This document shows positions 47,972-56,782 of a stretch of DNA of 64,000 bases, one piece after another; the first letter of the stretch is position 1; the number at the start of each line of letters is the position of its first letter. The translations under genes and the position numbers were made by a program. The notes under the pieces were generated by a model that worked only from the letters and a program-made list of their open reading frames with translations, had not been told where the DNA came from and made no database searches. The stretch is from positions 2,076 to 66,075 of the forward strand of contig CAZIBD010000006.1 of the NCBI GenBank assembly GCA_964536935.1, given 5' to 3'. The stretch is from an uncultured bacterium. Its GTDB lineage: Bacteria; Deinococcota; Deinococci; Deinococcales; Trueperaceae.

Positions 47972-50900
47972 GTGAAAGACCGCTGGGGGCTGAGCGTGCT
48001 GGGTCCTGCCACGCTCTCGGGCACGGGTCGCGAGCCGGAGACGCTCGAGCGCAAGGCTGCGGCCCTCCTCGCCTACACGGCCATCGCGGGGCCCACCCCG
48101 CGTGCCACGCTGGCAGGTCTGCTGTGGCCCAACGTCGTGGACGCCCGGGCGCGCAACAACCTGCGTCAGCTCCTCCACCGCCTCCGCAGCTACGAGGGGC
48201 TCGTCGACGCCGACAGCGAGGTGAGCCTCGGTTCGGCCTCCGTCGACGTGATCGAGCTCCAGGACCTCCACGCCGCGGACGATACCGAGGCGCTCGTCGA
48301 GCGCTGGGGCGCGCAGGCGCCGATCCTGCTGGAGGGGAACACCTACGACGACTGCCCCGACCTGGCGGAGTGGCTGATCGCCGAACGCGAGCGCGTGCTC
48401 GAGATCGTGCGGCGGGCGCTCGAGGCGGAGGCCGACCGCAGCGAGGCCGCCGGAGACATCGGGCGCGCCGTCCGCCTGGCACTCCGGCTCTCCGCCCTCG
48501 ACCCACTCTCGGAGGCCGATTACCGGCGCCTGATGCGACTGCACTACCTCGCCGGCGACCGCGGGCAGGCGATGGCGGCCTTCCATCGGTGCCAGACGAT
48601 GCTCGAGGAGACCTTCGGCCTGGCGCCGCTGCCGGACACGCTCGAGCTGGCGCGCGCGATCGACCGTGGAACCGAGCCGCGAGCGCGTCCAGCGGCGGTA
48701 CGTGAGATCCCGGTCACGCTGCTGAGGCCCCCTCGCCTGGCAGGCAGGGAGGCCGCCTGGCAAGCGCTCGAGCTGGCCTGGTCGCGCGTTCACACCATCG
48801 AGGTCGCCGGGGAGCCGGGGATCGGGAAGTCGCACCTGGTCCACGAGTTCGCCCGGACCAGGGGACCGACGCTGGTCACCCGCGGCATGCCCGGCGACCG
48901 CGACGTACCCTACGCCAGCAAGGCACGGGCCCTGGGCACCATGGTGCGCGAGCACCCCGAGTACGCCGCCGAGCCCTGGGTTCGTGACGAGCTGGCCCGT
49001 ATCCTCCCGGACCTGTTCGAGCGGCCCGAAGGTCAAACCCCGATCGTCGACCAGCCACAGAAGCTGCGGCTGTTCGAGGCCGCCGCTACCGTGTACGGCA
49101 GGGCGCTGGAGGGCATAACGGTCCTCGTCAACGAGGACCTCCACCTCTGGGACGATGCCAGCTTCGAGATGGGCGCGTACTTCATCACGCGCTTTGCAGA
49201 CGCCCCTACGCGGGCCATCAGCACGGTGCGGCTCGACGAGCTTCCCTCTGAACGCAGGCACACGCTGCAGCGCTCCCTCGAGGCAGGGCTGGCCGAGCTG
49301 GTGACGCTGGAGCCGCTGGACCTCTCCGCTCTTCGCGAGCTCATCTCCCTGGCCGATCTCGGGACCGGGGCCCCCTCGGAGGAGGAGGTTCTGCACCTGT
49401 CGGGCGGCAACCCGTTCTACGCCTTGGAAGTCCTCCGGAGCCTCTGGCAGGACGCGCCGGAGCGTGCTGTCGACGGCGCGCCGCACCGGCCGGCCAGCAC
49501 CGCAGCCGTACTCACGAGCCGCATCGCGCGGCTTTCCCCCATCGCCAGGGAGGTGCTGCGGCTGAGGGCCATGGCCGGCCCGGCCTGCACGGACGAGGTG
49601 GCCGCAGCCGTCCTGGAGGTCCCCATCTCCGCCGTCCAGGACGCGGTCGACGAGCTCGAACGGCATCGCCTCCTCTACCACGGCGAGCTCGTCCACGAGC
49701 TGGTGGGTGAGGCGATTCGTGACCGCACGCCCACCGAGGCCGCCCGCCTATGGCACCGGAGGCTGGCCGCTCAGCTCGAGGCCTTTGCCGCCACACCCGC
49801 GGTGGTGGCCACGCACTACCTGGCCGCGATCGAGCCTGCGGCCGCCCACCGCCACCTGCTCCGGGCCGGCGACGACGCGCACGCCGTCTACGCCCTGGAG
49901 GAGGCGGCCGTCTGGTATCGCCGTGCCCTGTGGGCCGCCGCCGACCCGCACGCCCGCGCCGAGGCCCTGGCCCGTCTGGACGACGTGGCCAGGCAACAGG
50001 GTCGGCGCGACCACGGCGACGCGGTCGTCACGGAGCTCGAAGGCATCGCCCGCGCCCTCCAGGAACCCGCTCTGTTGCTGGATAGCGCTCTCCGTCGGGC
50101 CCACTGGCTCACGGTCGCGGGCGATCACGACGGCGCCATCCGCCTGGCGGAGACCGCCCTCGACGATGCACGCAGGCTGGGCGACGCCGACGCCGCCGAT
50201 CGTGCACGCCTCGCGCTCGGTGATCTGGCCTACTTCTCGGGCCGCAACGCCGAGGCCCGAGCGCACTTCCTCGACGTGGCCGCGTCCGGCCGCGAGGCGC
50301 GCCGCCTTCGCGCCTTCCAGCGGCTGGGCGCGCTCGAGGCCTTGCAGGGCGACGTCGACGCCGCCTTCGATCACCACCGCGAGGCCCTCGCCCTGGCGCG
50401 CCGCCGGCACGACGCCCCGCTCGTCGCGACGCTGCTCAACAGCCTCGGTGCCGATCGGGAGCGCAAGGGCGCCTACGAGGAGGCGCTGAGCCACTTCCGC
50501 GACGCCGCCGAGGTCGCCGCGCGCTCCGCGGACCGCCGAACCGGCGCCATCGCCCTCTCGAACGAAGCCCTCACCCACGTGAGCCGTGGCGCGCTCGCCG
50601 CCGCCCTCGAGGCCGCCGAGCGTGCCCTCGAGGTGGCGACACCGCTCGGGGCGGACCGCTCGGCGGCGATGGCCAGCTTCGCGCGCGGCTACGCCCTGAG
50701 GCGCCTGGGCCGCCTCGACGAGGCGCGCGACTCCCTGAACCAGGCGGTGCGGCTACGCGAAGCCGCCTCGGACGTGCGCGGCGCGCTCGTCGCCCGCATC
50801 AACCTCGTGGGAATCGCACTGGAGGCCGCGCCTCCCTCGCGGCAGGCGACCGCCATAGCGGACATGGAGGCCGTGCTCGACGAGCTCGCTGCCCTCGACT

Positions 50901-51355
50901 ACCCCCAGTTCTATGCCTGGTGCCTACTGGAGCTCGCCTTCCTGGTCCCGGACCCGGAGGCCGCCCTGCGACACACCGACGAAACTCTCACGCTGGATGA
51001 CGGCGCGCATCTGCGCATGGCCGCGTCGGCCGCACGGTTGCGGGCTCTTCGCCTGGCGGAGGACGGCGCAGGGATCGAGGCCGCGCGCTTCGACCTGCAC
51101 CAGCACCTCACGGGCCCTGCGGTGCAGGAAACCAGCCTCGCGTACCTCCTGCTCGCGGTCACCGCCGGCGACCCCGACGAGCGCCACCATCTCCTGGGCC
51201 GGGCCGACGTCCGCATCGCCCAGGAGCTGGGACGCCTCGCGCAGCGCGATGCGGTCGGTCGAAGGGCCTACCTCGAACGCCGCCTTCCAGCCGGCGGGCC
51301 GGGCGTCGAACTCCTCGTGCCCCGACGCTCGGCCCGGGGCCGCAACCACCGCTAA
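47972..51355 (+). CDS. SARP/AfsR-family regulator: winged-helix + BTAD + AAA/P-loop NTPase + TPR
   Basis: SARP head (LSVLGPATLSGTGREPETLERKAAALLAYTA...). BTAD (CPDLAEWLIAERERVLEI...YRRLMRLHYLAGDRGQAMAAFHRCQTMLEETFGLAPLPDTLELARAI). Walker A VAGEPGIGKSHL. Walker B-like VLVNEDLHLWD. TPR-like C-terminal half. Confidence 0.8.
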   Translation: MKDRWGLSVLGPATLSGTGREPETLERKAAALLAYTAIAGPTPRATLAGLLWPNVVDARARNNLRQLLHRLRSYEGLVDADSEVSLGSASVDVIELQDLHAADDTEALVERWGAQAPILLEGNTYDDCPDLAEWLIAERERVLEIVRRALEAEADRSEAAGDIGRAVRLALRLSALDPLSEADYRRLMRLHYLAGDRGQAMAAFHRCQTMLEETFGLAPLPDTLELARAIDRGTEPRARPAAVREIPVTLLRPPRLAGREAAWQALELAWSRVHTIEVAGEPGIGKSHLVHEFARTRGPTLVTRGMPGDRDVPYASKARALGTMVREHPEYAAEPWVRDELARILPDLFERPEGQTPIVDQPQKLRLFEAAATVYGRALEGITVLVNEDLHLWDDASFEMGAYFITRFADAPTRAISTVRLDELPSERRHTLQRSLEAGLAELVTLEPLDLSALRELISLADLGTGAPSEEEVLHLSGGNPFYALEVLRSLWQDAPERAVDGAPHRPASTAAVLTSRIARLSPIAREVLRLRAMAGPACTDEVAAAVLEVPISAVQDAVDELERHRLLYHGELVHELVGEAIRDRTPTEAARLWHRRLAAQLEAFAATPAVVATHYLAAIEPAAAHRHLLRAGDDAHAVYALEEAAVWYRRALWAAADPHARAEALARLDDVARQQGRRDHGDAVVTELEGIARALQEPALLLDSALRRAHWLTVAGDHDGAIRLAETALDDARRLGDADAADRARLALGDLAYFSGRNAEARAHFLDVAASGREARRLRAFQRLGALEALQGDVDAAFDHHREALALARRRHDAPLVATLLNSLGADRERKGAYEEALSHFRDAAEVAARSADRRTGAIALSNEALTHVSRGALAAALEAAERALEVATPLGADRSAAMASFARGYALRRLGRLDEARDSLNQAVRLREAASDVRGALVARINLVGIALEAAPPSRQATAIADMEAVLDELAALDYPQFYAWCLLELAFLVPDPEAALRHTDETLTLDDGAHLRMAASAARLRALRLAEDGAGIEAARFDLHQHLTGPAVQETSLAYLLLAVTAGDPDERHHLLGRADVRIAQELGRLAQRDAVGRRAYLERRLPAGGPGVELLVPRRSARGRNHR

Positions 51356-51363
51356 TCCCGAGC

Positions 51364-51393
51364 TTGACCCTCTGGATTCGTCGCCGATAGACT
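51364..51393 (+). promoter_or_regulatory. Candidate promoter upstream of the FTR1 gene (TTGACC-N18-TAGACT)
   Basis: TTGACC at 51364-51369, 18-nt spacer, TAGACT at 51388-51393. Immediately after the SARP gene stop, in a locally AT-richer stretch. Confidence 0.3.
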
Positions 51394-51412
51394 CTCCGCA
51401 TACTCGAGAGCG

Positions 51413-51438
51413 AGTCTCGGGCGCGTGCGCCCGAGACT
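51413..51438. promoter_or_regulatory. Perfect 12+12 inverted repeat (operator or 5'-UTR stem) upstream of the FTR1 permease gene
   Basis: AGTCTCGGGCGC gt GCGCCCGAGACT. Every one of the 12 positions is complementary. It lies 20 nt downstream of the candidate -10 and about 105 nt upstream of ATG 51546. Confidence 0.4.
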
Positions 51439-51545
51439 GGCGGCGCAGGCCGGTACGGCCCGACGCCGAGAAAGGACCTTGAAGGATGCCCTTGCTTGTC
51501 TTGCGTAGGTGCGCTCCGAGGCCGTCGCCGAGCCTCGGGCAGCGG

Positions 51546-52790
51546 ATGGCTCGGCACGCCACCGCGGCATGGTTGGCCGTTCTTGCCGCTGCGCTGCTGA
51601 TCCTGATGCCGCAGGCCCGCGCTCAGCAGGTCGACGTGTCGGCCGAGCTGCACACGGCCCACGACATGGTCGCGCGCAGCCTCCGCTTGTACCGCGAGGG
51701 TCATGCCGACCAGGCCTACCGGCTCTCCCGCTCGGCCTACCTCGAACACTTCGAATACGCCGAGCCCAAGCTTCGCGTGCTCGACCCGGATCTCATCCTC
51801 GACACGGAGTTCCAGTTCGCCAACCTTCGCAACGCCATGCGCTCCGGCGCTCCCATCCACGACATCGAGGGCACGGCGACCAAGATCTATGCCAACCTGT
51901 TGAGGGCCGAGACCGTCGTCAGCGGCACGGGGGCGCTCGCCCCCACGCTGGCAGCGGGGGGTAGCTTCTTCATCCTCTTCCGGGAGGGGCTCGAGGTGGT
52001 CCTGCTGCTCGGCGCCATCCTGGCCTACCTGCGTAGCACTCGCAACGACCGGCTCGCGCCCGGTGTGTGGTACGGGCTCGGCGCCGCCCTCCTCGCCACC
52101 GCCTTGACGTACCTCGCAGCCTCGACCATCCTGCGGGTCGCGCCGGCGTCGCGGGAGCTCCTCTCCGGCCTCACCAGCGTGGTGGCGGTAGGGATCCTGT
52201 TCTATCTGAGCTTCTGGATGCTGCAGCAGAGCGATCGCCGACGCCACATGGAGTTCATGCGGGCGAGGCTTGGGCAGGCCGTGCAACGCGGCAGCCTCCT
52301 GGCGGTGGCCGGAGCCGCCTTCGCCAGCGTCTACCGCGAGGGCTTCGAGACGGTGCTGCTCTACCAGGCGCTGGTCGGTGTCAGCGGCCCGGTGATGGGG
52401 TACCTGTGGCTCGGGCTGGGGCTCGGAGCGCTCGCCCTCGCGATCGTGTCCTTCCTCATCCTGAGGCTGCAGCGGAGGCTTCCCCTGCAGGTGTTCTTCC
52501 GGGTGGCCGTCAGCGTCACGGCGCTGCTGGCCGTCGCCTTCGCCGGCAACGCGGTTCGCGCCCTGCAGGGAGCGGGCTGGCTCGGAATCACCAACCTCCT
52601 GGGCACGCTGCCCCGGCTGAACCCGAGCCTGGCCTCGCTCACCGGTTTCCATCCCACCCTGGAGACCGTGCTGGCGCAGGCCTCCCTGATCGGGGTCTAC
52701 GCGATCGGGATGGTAGCATTCCTCCTGCGTCGGGAACGGCTCAAGCGCCGCACCACCACCGCGGCCGCGAGCGACGCACCAACCGGCTGA
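51546..52790 (+). CDS. FTR1/EfeU-family high-affinity iron permease with an N-terminal extracytoplasmic helical domain
   Basis: Signal/anchor MARHATAAWLAVLAAALLILMPQARAQ. Two REXXE iron motifs in TM helices: FILFREGLEVVLL and VYREGFETVLLY. About 7 TM segments. Confidence 0.8.
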   Translation: MARHATAAWLAVLAAALLILMPQARAQQVDVSAELHTAHDMVARSLRLYREGHADQAYRLSRSAYLEHFEYAEPKLRVLDPDLILDTEFQFANLRNAMRSGAPIHDIEGTATKIYANLLRAETVVSGTGALAPTLAAGGSFFILFREGLEVVLLLGAILAYLRSTRNDRLAPGVWYGLGAALLATALTYLAASTILRVAPASRELLSGLTSVVAVGILFYLSFWMLQQSDRRRHMEFMRARLGQAVQRGSLLAVAGAAFASVYREGFETVLLYQALVGVSGPVMGYLWLGLGLGALALAIVSFLILRLQRRLPLQVFFRVAVSVTALLAVAFAGNAVRALQGAGWLGITNLLGTLPRLNPSLASLTGFHPTLETVLAQASLIGVYAIGMVAFLLRRERLKRRTTTAAASDAPTG

Positions 52791-52847
52791 GGGGTCGGTC
52801 CTTCGCAGGAGGCGAACGCTCGCACGAGGAGCTCGGTGCGTACCGAC

Positions 52848-54953
52848 ATGACCACTCCCGAACCCTCGCCGCCCGAGAGCGCCGTCCGGATCGGCATCGA
52901 TGTCGGCGGCACCTTCACCAAGGGCGTCGCGCTCGACGCCGTGACCAGGACGATCTTCGCCCGGGCCCGGGTGCCGACCACGCACCACGCCCCCGAGGGC
53001 GTCGTGGCGGGCGTGCTCCACGTTCTCCAAGAGCTGCTCGACGTCCTTCCCCCCGACCGTCCCGTGGCGCTGGTGGCGCACGCCACCACGCAGGCCACCA
53101 ACGCCCTGCTCGAGGGCGACATGGCGCGGGTGGGCCTCCTGGCGCTCGGACCGGCCACCGAGGAGCGGCTGGTCCGCAAGCGCACGCAGCTGTCGGAGCT
53201 TCGACTGGCCGGCGGTCGTTCCCTCGACCTGCGCTGGGCCTTCCTCCCCGTCGACGCGTCCGACTTCGAGGCGCGCATCCGGGCGCTAGCGGCGTCGTGG
53301 CGCGCCGACGGCGTGGAGGCGGCGGCGGTGAGTCAGGCCTTCGCCGTTGACGATCCCACCGCCGAGCGCACCGCCGCGAACCTCCTGCGCGAGGCCGGCC
53401 TGCCGGCCACCGGCGGAGCGGAGCTGACCGGTGTCTACGGGTTGGAGATGCGCTCGAGCACGGCCGCCATCAACGCATCGATCCTGCCGGTGATGCTGCG
53501 CACCGCCGAACATGTCGACCGGGCGCTGGGGCGCACGCTCCCCGGCGTGCCGCTGCTGGTCGTGCGCGGCGACGGCGGCGCCGTCGACCTGCAAGGGTTG
53601 CGCGAGGCGCCGATCCACACGATCGTGAGTGGACCGGCGGCCTCGTTGGCGGGGGCCATCCTCTTCCACGGCGTCACCGACGGCATCCTTTTCGAGGTGG
53701 GCGGCACCAGCACCAACATCGGAGCGGTGCAGGCCGGGCGGCCGGTGATGAAGCACATGACCGTCATGGACTTCCCCACCGCCGTCCGGGCCGCCGACAT
53801 CCGCATCGCCGGCGTGGCGGGCGGAAGCCTGCTGCGCCTCTCTGGACGGCGCATCGAGGAGGTCGGGCCGAGGAGCGCCCACATCGCCGGGCTTCCCTAT
53901 GCCTCGCTGGCCGAGCCCGCCGCCCTCGAAGGGGCCCGCCTGCAGCGCATCGCCCCGCGCCCCGGAGATCCGGCCGACTACGCCGTCGTCGATGCCGCGG
54001 GAGGTCGCTTCGCGATCACCCCCACCTGTGCCGCGAACGCCCTCGAGCGGCTGCCCGACGACGATCCGGGCCACCGCCCACCGGCTGCCGCCCGCGCCGC
54101 CCTGGCGGCGGTGGCGCACGCCCTGGGCGCCGACACCGCCGAGGTGGCGACCGCGGTCTTGCAGGCGGCCGCCGAGAAGCTGACCCGCACCGTGCGCGCG
54201 GTCGCCGACGACTACCGTCTGGGAAGCACCCGCCTCTTCGGCGGGGGCGGCGCCGCTCGCGTCCTGGGCCCCGTGGTGGCCGCTCGTCTGGGCATGACGT
54301 TCGAGTGCGTACCCGAGCCCGACGTCATCTCCAGCGTCGGTGCAGCGCTGACGTTGATCCGGGTGGAGCGCGAACGCAACGTCGGCATCGACGATCCGAC
54401 CGTGAGCGGCCTCCTGCTGCGCGAGGTCGAAGGGGAGGCCGTACGGCTGGGCGCCGACCCCGCACGCCTGCAGGCGGAGGTCCACTACCTGCCCGAGGAG
54501 CGAATGCTCCGTGCCGTCGCGGTCGGCGCGCACCCCGTCGACGGCCATCAAGGGGACCTGGACGACGACGTGCTGAAGACGCTGGCGCGTCAGCAACTCG
54601 GCGCACCATGCGAGATCCGCTACCGCAGCCCCGCGCTGGTCGTACTCAGCGGCGAACGGCAGCAGCGACGTCTGTTCTCGCGCGTGACGCTTCGCCCGCT
54701 GGTGGCGATGGACCGTCGCGGGGCACGTCTGCTGGAGATCGACGACGCGACGACCCTCGCCGGAGCGCCCGGCGACGTGCTGGCCGCCGTCGAGAGTCGG
54801 CTCGCGTCGGGAACCGCACCCAGCCTCTACGCCGTCACCCCGCGCCGGCTCATCGATTGCAGCCATCTGAGCGACCCCGGGGCCCTGAAGCACTTCCTTC
54901 ACGAAGCCTTTCGCCTCGAAGCGCAGGTGGCCCTGGTGTTGAAGGAGAGTTGA
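52848..54953 (+). CDS. Hydantoinase/oxoprolinase (HyuA-like, ASKHA-fold) family protein with a ~200-aa C-terminal extension
   Basis: IGIDVGGTFTKGVALD (phosphate-1 motif), HATTQATNALLEG, VVRGDGG and LFEVGGTSTNIG. ATG 52848 is preferred over GTG 52836. The C-terminal third has no motif I recognise. Confidence 0.7.
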   Translation: MTTPEPSPPESAVRIGIDVGGTFTKGVALDAVTRTIFARARVPTTHHAPEGVVAGVLHVLQELLDVLPPDRPVALVAHATTQATNALLEGDMARVGLLALGPATEERLVRKRTQLSELRLAGGRSLDLRWAFLPVDASDFEARIRALAASWRADGVEAAAVSQAFAVDDPTAERTAANLLREAGLPATGGAELTGVYGLEMRSSTAAINASILPVMLRTAEHVDRALGRTLPGVPLLVVRGDGGAVDLQGLREAPIHTIVSGPAASLAGAILFHGVTDGILFEVGGTSTNIGAVQAGRPVMKHMTVMDFPTAVRAADIRIAGVAGGSLLRLSGRRIEEVGPRSAHIAGLPYASLAEPAALEGARLQRIAPRPGDPADYAVVDAAGGRFAITPTCAANALERLPDDDPGHRPPAAARAALAAVAHALGADTAEVATAVLQAAAEKLTRTVRAVADDYRLGSTRLFGGGGAARVLGPVVAARLGMTFECVPEPDVISSVGAALTLIRVERERNVGIDDPTVSGLLLREVEGEAVRLGADPARLQAEVHYLPEERMLRAVAVGAHPVDGHQGDLDDDVLKTLARQQLGAPCEIRYRSPALVVLSGERQQRRLFSRVTLRPLVAMDRRGARLLEIDDATTLAGAPGDVLAAVESRLASGTAPSLYAVTPRRLIDCSHLSDPGALKHFLHEAFRLEAQVALVLKES

Positions 54954-54963
54954 GGAGGAGAGC

Positions 54964-55419
54964 ATGCTGTACCGACGTCAGCGCAACGTCTCCCCGACCC
55001 TGGTCGCTCTGATCACTGCGGTGGTCGTATTCCCGGGGGCCTTCTTCCTGGGTCGCGGTACCGCGCCCAGTCCGAACCTCTCCACCGAGCTGACGCCCGC
55101 GATCTACTCGGTGCAGCACGCCCAGGGAACCCTGGACGTGATCGACCTCGAGTACGCGCGCGCGACCGGCCAGGTTGCGACCGGGCAGCCGCAGCCGGGC
55201 GCCAGCCTGACCGCCGCCCAGGACGCGGCCCGCCGCGGGCTGACCGACCTCGACCAGGCCATCGACCTGGCGCGCCTCTACCCCGAAAAGGCCCGCACCG
55301 CGCGGGCCGACTTCGAGGCGCTGCTGCGCGCCATCGATCGTCACGCGCCTCTTGGCGAGATCCGCGACCTCACCGACGCGCTCCGCATCGACCTCTCCGC
55401 CCTCGTGCCTGCGCTGTGA
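54964..55419 (+). CDS. Membrane-anchored helical protein, function unknown
   Basis: GAGGAGGAG RBS. One N-terminal TM (LVALITAVVVFPGAFFL) followed by a helical domain. The segment ADFEALLRAIDRHAPLGEIRDLTDALRIDL resembles EFQFANLRNAMRSGAPIHDIEGTATKIYANL in the N-terminal domain of the FTR1 protein two genes upstream. Confidence 0.45.
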   Translation: MLYRRQRNVSPTLVALITAVVVFPGAFFLGRGTAPSPNLSTELTPAIYSVQHAQGTLDVIDLEYARATGQVATGQPQPGASLTAAQDAARRGLTDLDQAIDLARLYPEKARTARADFEALLRAIDRHAPLGEIRDLTDALRIDLSALVPAL

Positions 55420-55515
55420 CCGCGGCCCCGAGCGGTCGTCCGCCTCGCATTGCCGGCACGGCCGACGGCGTCGTACAATGCCGGGCGCGGCGAACCCTTC
55501 GCCGGCTCCCTTCGC

Positions 55516-55592
55516 GCGCCCGTAGCTCAGCTGGATAGAGCAGGGGACTCCTAAGCCCAAGGTCGCAGGTTCGAATCCTGCCGGGCGCACCA
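55516..55592 (+). tRNA. tRNA-Arg (anticodon CCU), CCA encoded; atypical anticodon stem
   Basis: Acceptor GCGCCCG/CGGGCGC. D arm GCTC-AGCTGGATA-GAGC. Anticodon loop CTCCTAA (CCT). T arm GCAGG-TTCGAAT-CCTGC. Discriminator A plus CCA. The anticodon stem GGGGA/GCCCA has only three Watson-Crick pairs, flanked by G.A and A.G. Confidence 0.8.
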
Positions 55593-55801
55593 CCCTCCCG
55601 CGTTCCTGCTTGGATGCACCGATCAGGGCCCGGCCTCACGGTGGGCTCGCGGCGCGGCGCACGGCCGCGCTCACCGGCGCTACGAGGTCGGCAAGGGGCG
55701 CCAGGACGGGCCGCCGAATGCCCGCCTGCCCGCGCCGCGCCCCTACACGGTGATGCGCGGTCCGCCACACCCCGCCGGCGAGGCCCTGCCTACACTGTGC
55801 C

Positions 55802-55972
55802 GTGATCGGACACCTACTGGCCTTCGTCATCTTCGGCTTCGTCTTCGCGTTCTTCCGTCTGGTGGCCGGCCATTCCATGGGCATCGTGCCTTCCCTGGTC
55901 GTCAGCATCCCCTGCGAGGTCGCCGGCGTCGTCGCCGGGCGCTCGTTCAAGCGCTGGATGCAGGGCGGTTGA
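55802..55972 (+). CDS. Possible 56-aa membrane protein (below the ORF-track cut-off)
   Basis: GTG 55802: VIGHLLAFVIFGFVFAFFRLVAGHSMGIVPSLVVSIPCEVAGVVAGRSFKRWMQGG. Two hydrophobic helices and a basic C-terminus. TACACT lies 5 nt upstream (possible leaderless mRNA). There is no RBS. Confidence 0.25.
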   Translation: MIGHLLAFVIFGFVFAFFRLVAGHSMGIVPSLVVSIPCEVAGVVAGRSFKRWMQGG

Positions 55973-56157
55973 CGCCGGGACGACTGTAGGGGAATCTCCG
56001 ACAACGGCGTCGGAAAGACGGGGATGGGCCTCGTTTGCGCCGGCACTAGGCTGGCCTCGTAGGGATGGGGCCGGAGCCGGGTGGCTCCGGGGATCGACCC
56101 CAGGGTGTGCGGCGGTGCCTGCCGCCGGCCCGGGCCCTCGACCTCGAAGGGGCCGAC

Positions 56158-56616
56158 ATGCTGGTCAGCGATTGGATGGTCGCAGATCCCGTCACGGTGA
56201 CGCCCGAGACCAAGCTCTTCGAGGCCCAGAAGATCATGCGCGATGGCGGCTTCCGGCGCTTGCCGGTCGTGGCCCGCGGGCACCTCGTCGGCATCGTGAC
56301 CGACCGAGATCTGCGCGAGGCAGCACCGTCGAAGGCGACCAGCCTGTCGGTGTTCGAGCTCAACTACCTGCTGAGTCGCCTCACCGTCAAGGACGTCATG
56401 AAGACGACGGTGCTGACGATCTCCCCCGACGACCCCATCGAGCGGGCCGCCCTGCTGATGAACGAGCGCAAGATCTCCGGCCTCCCCGTCGTCGACGGCG
56501 ATGTCGTGGTCGGCATCCTCACCATCACCGATCTGCTGCAGGCCCTGGTTTCGCTCCTCGACCTGGAAGGGGGCGGTCGTGTGACCTCCCCCGAATACGG
56601 GGCCCGAACCCCCTGA
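56158..56616 (+). CDS. CBS-pair domain protein
   Basis: From ATG 56158: MLVSDWMVADPVTVTPETKLFEAQKIMRDGGFRRLPVV.RGHLVGIVTDRDL, and a second CBS repeat VKDVMKTTVLTISPDDPIERAALLMNERKISGLPVVDGDVVVGILTITDLL. Confidence 0.8.
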   Translation: MLVSDWMVADPVTVTPETKLFEAQKIMRDGGFRRLPVVARGHLVGIVTDRDLREAAPSKATSLSVFELNYLLSRLTVKDVMKTTVLTISPDDPIERAALLMNERKISGLPVVDGDVVVGILTITDLLQALVSLLDLEGGGRVTSPEYGARTP

Positions 56617-56782
56617 CCCTCGACTCTCCTTCTACCTCCTAGCGCACCCTGTCCGCGGCCCCGAGCCGCGGACAGGCGTTTTCGCCGTAGCCACGCACCC
56701 GCGCACCCACCACCCTCGAAGACGCCGGGCACGACCGCTCGGTCCCCGGCAGGAGGCCGAAGAGCCCTGCCCGATGTCCTGC

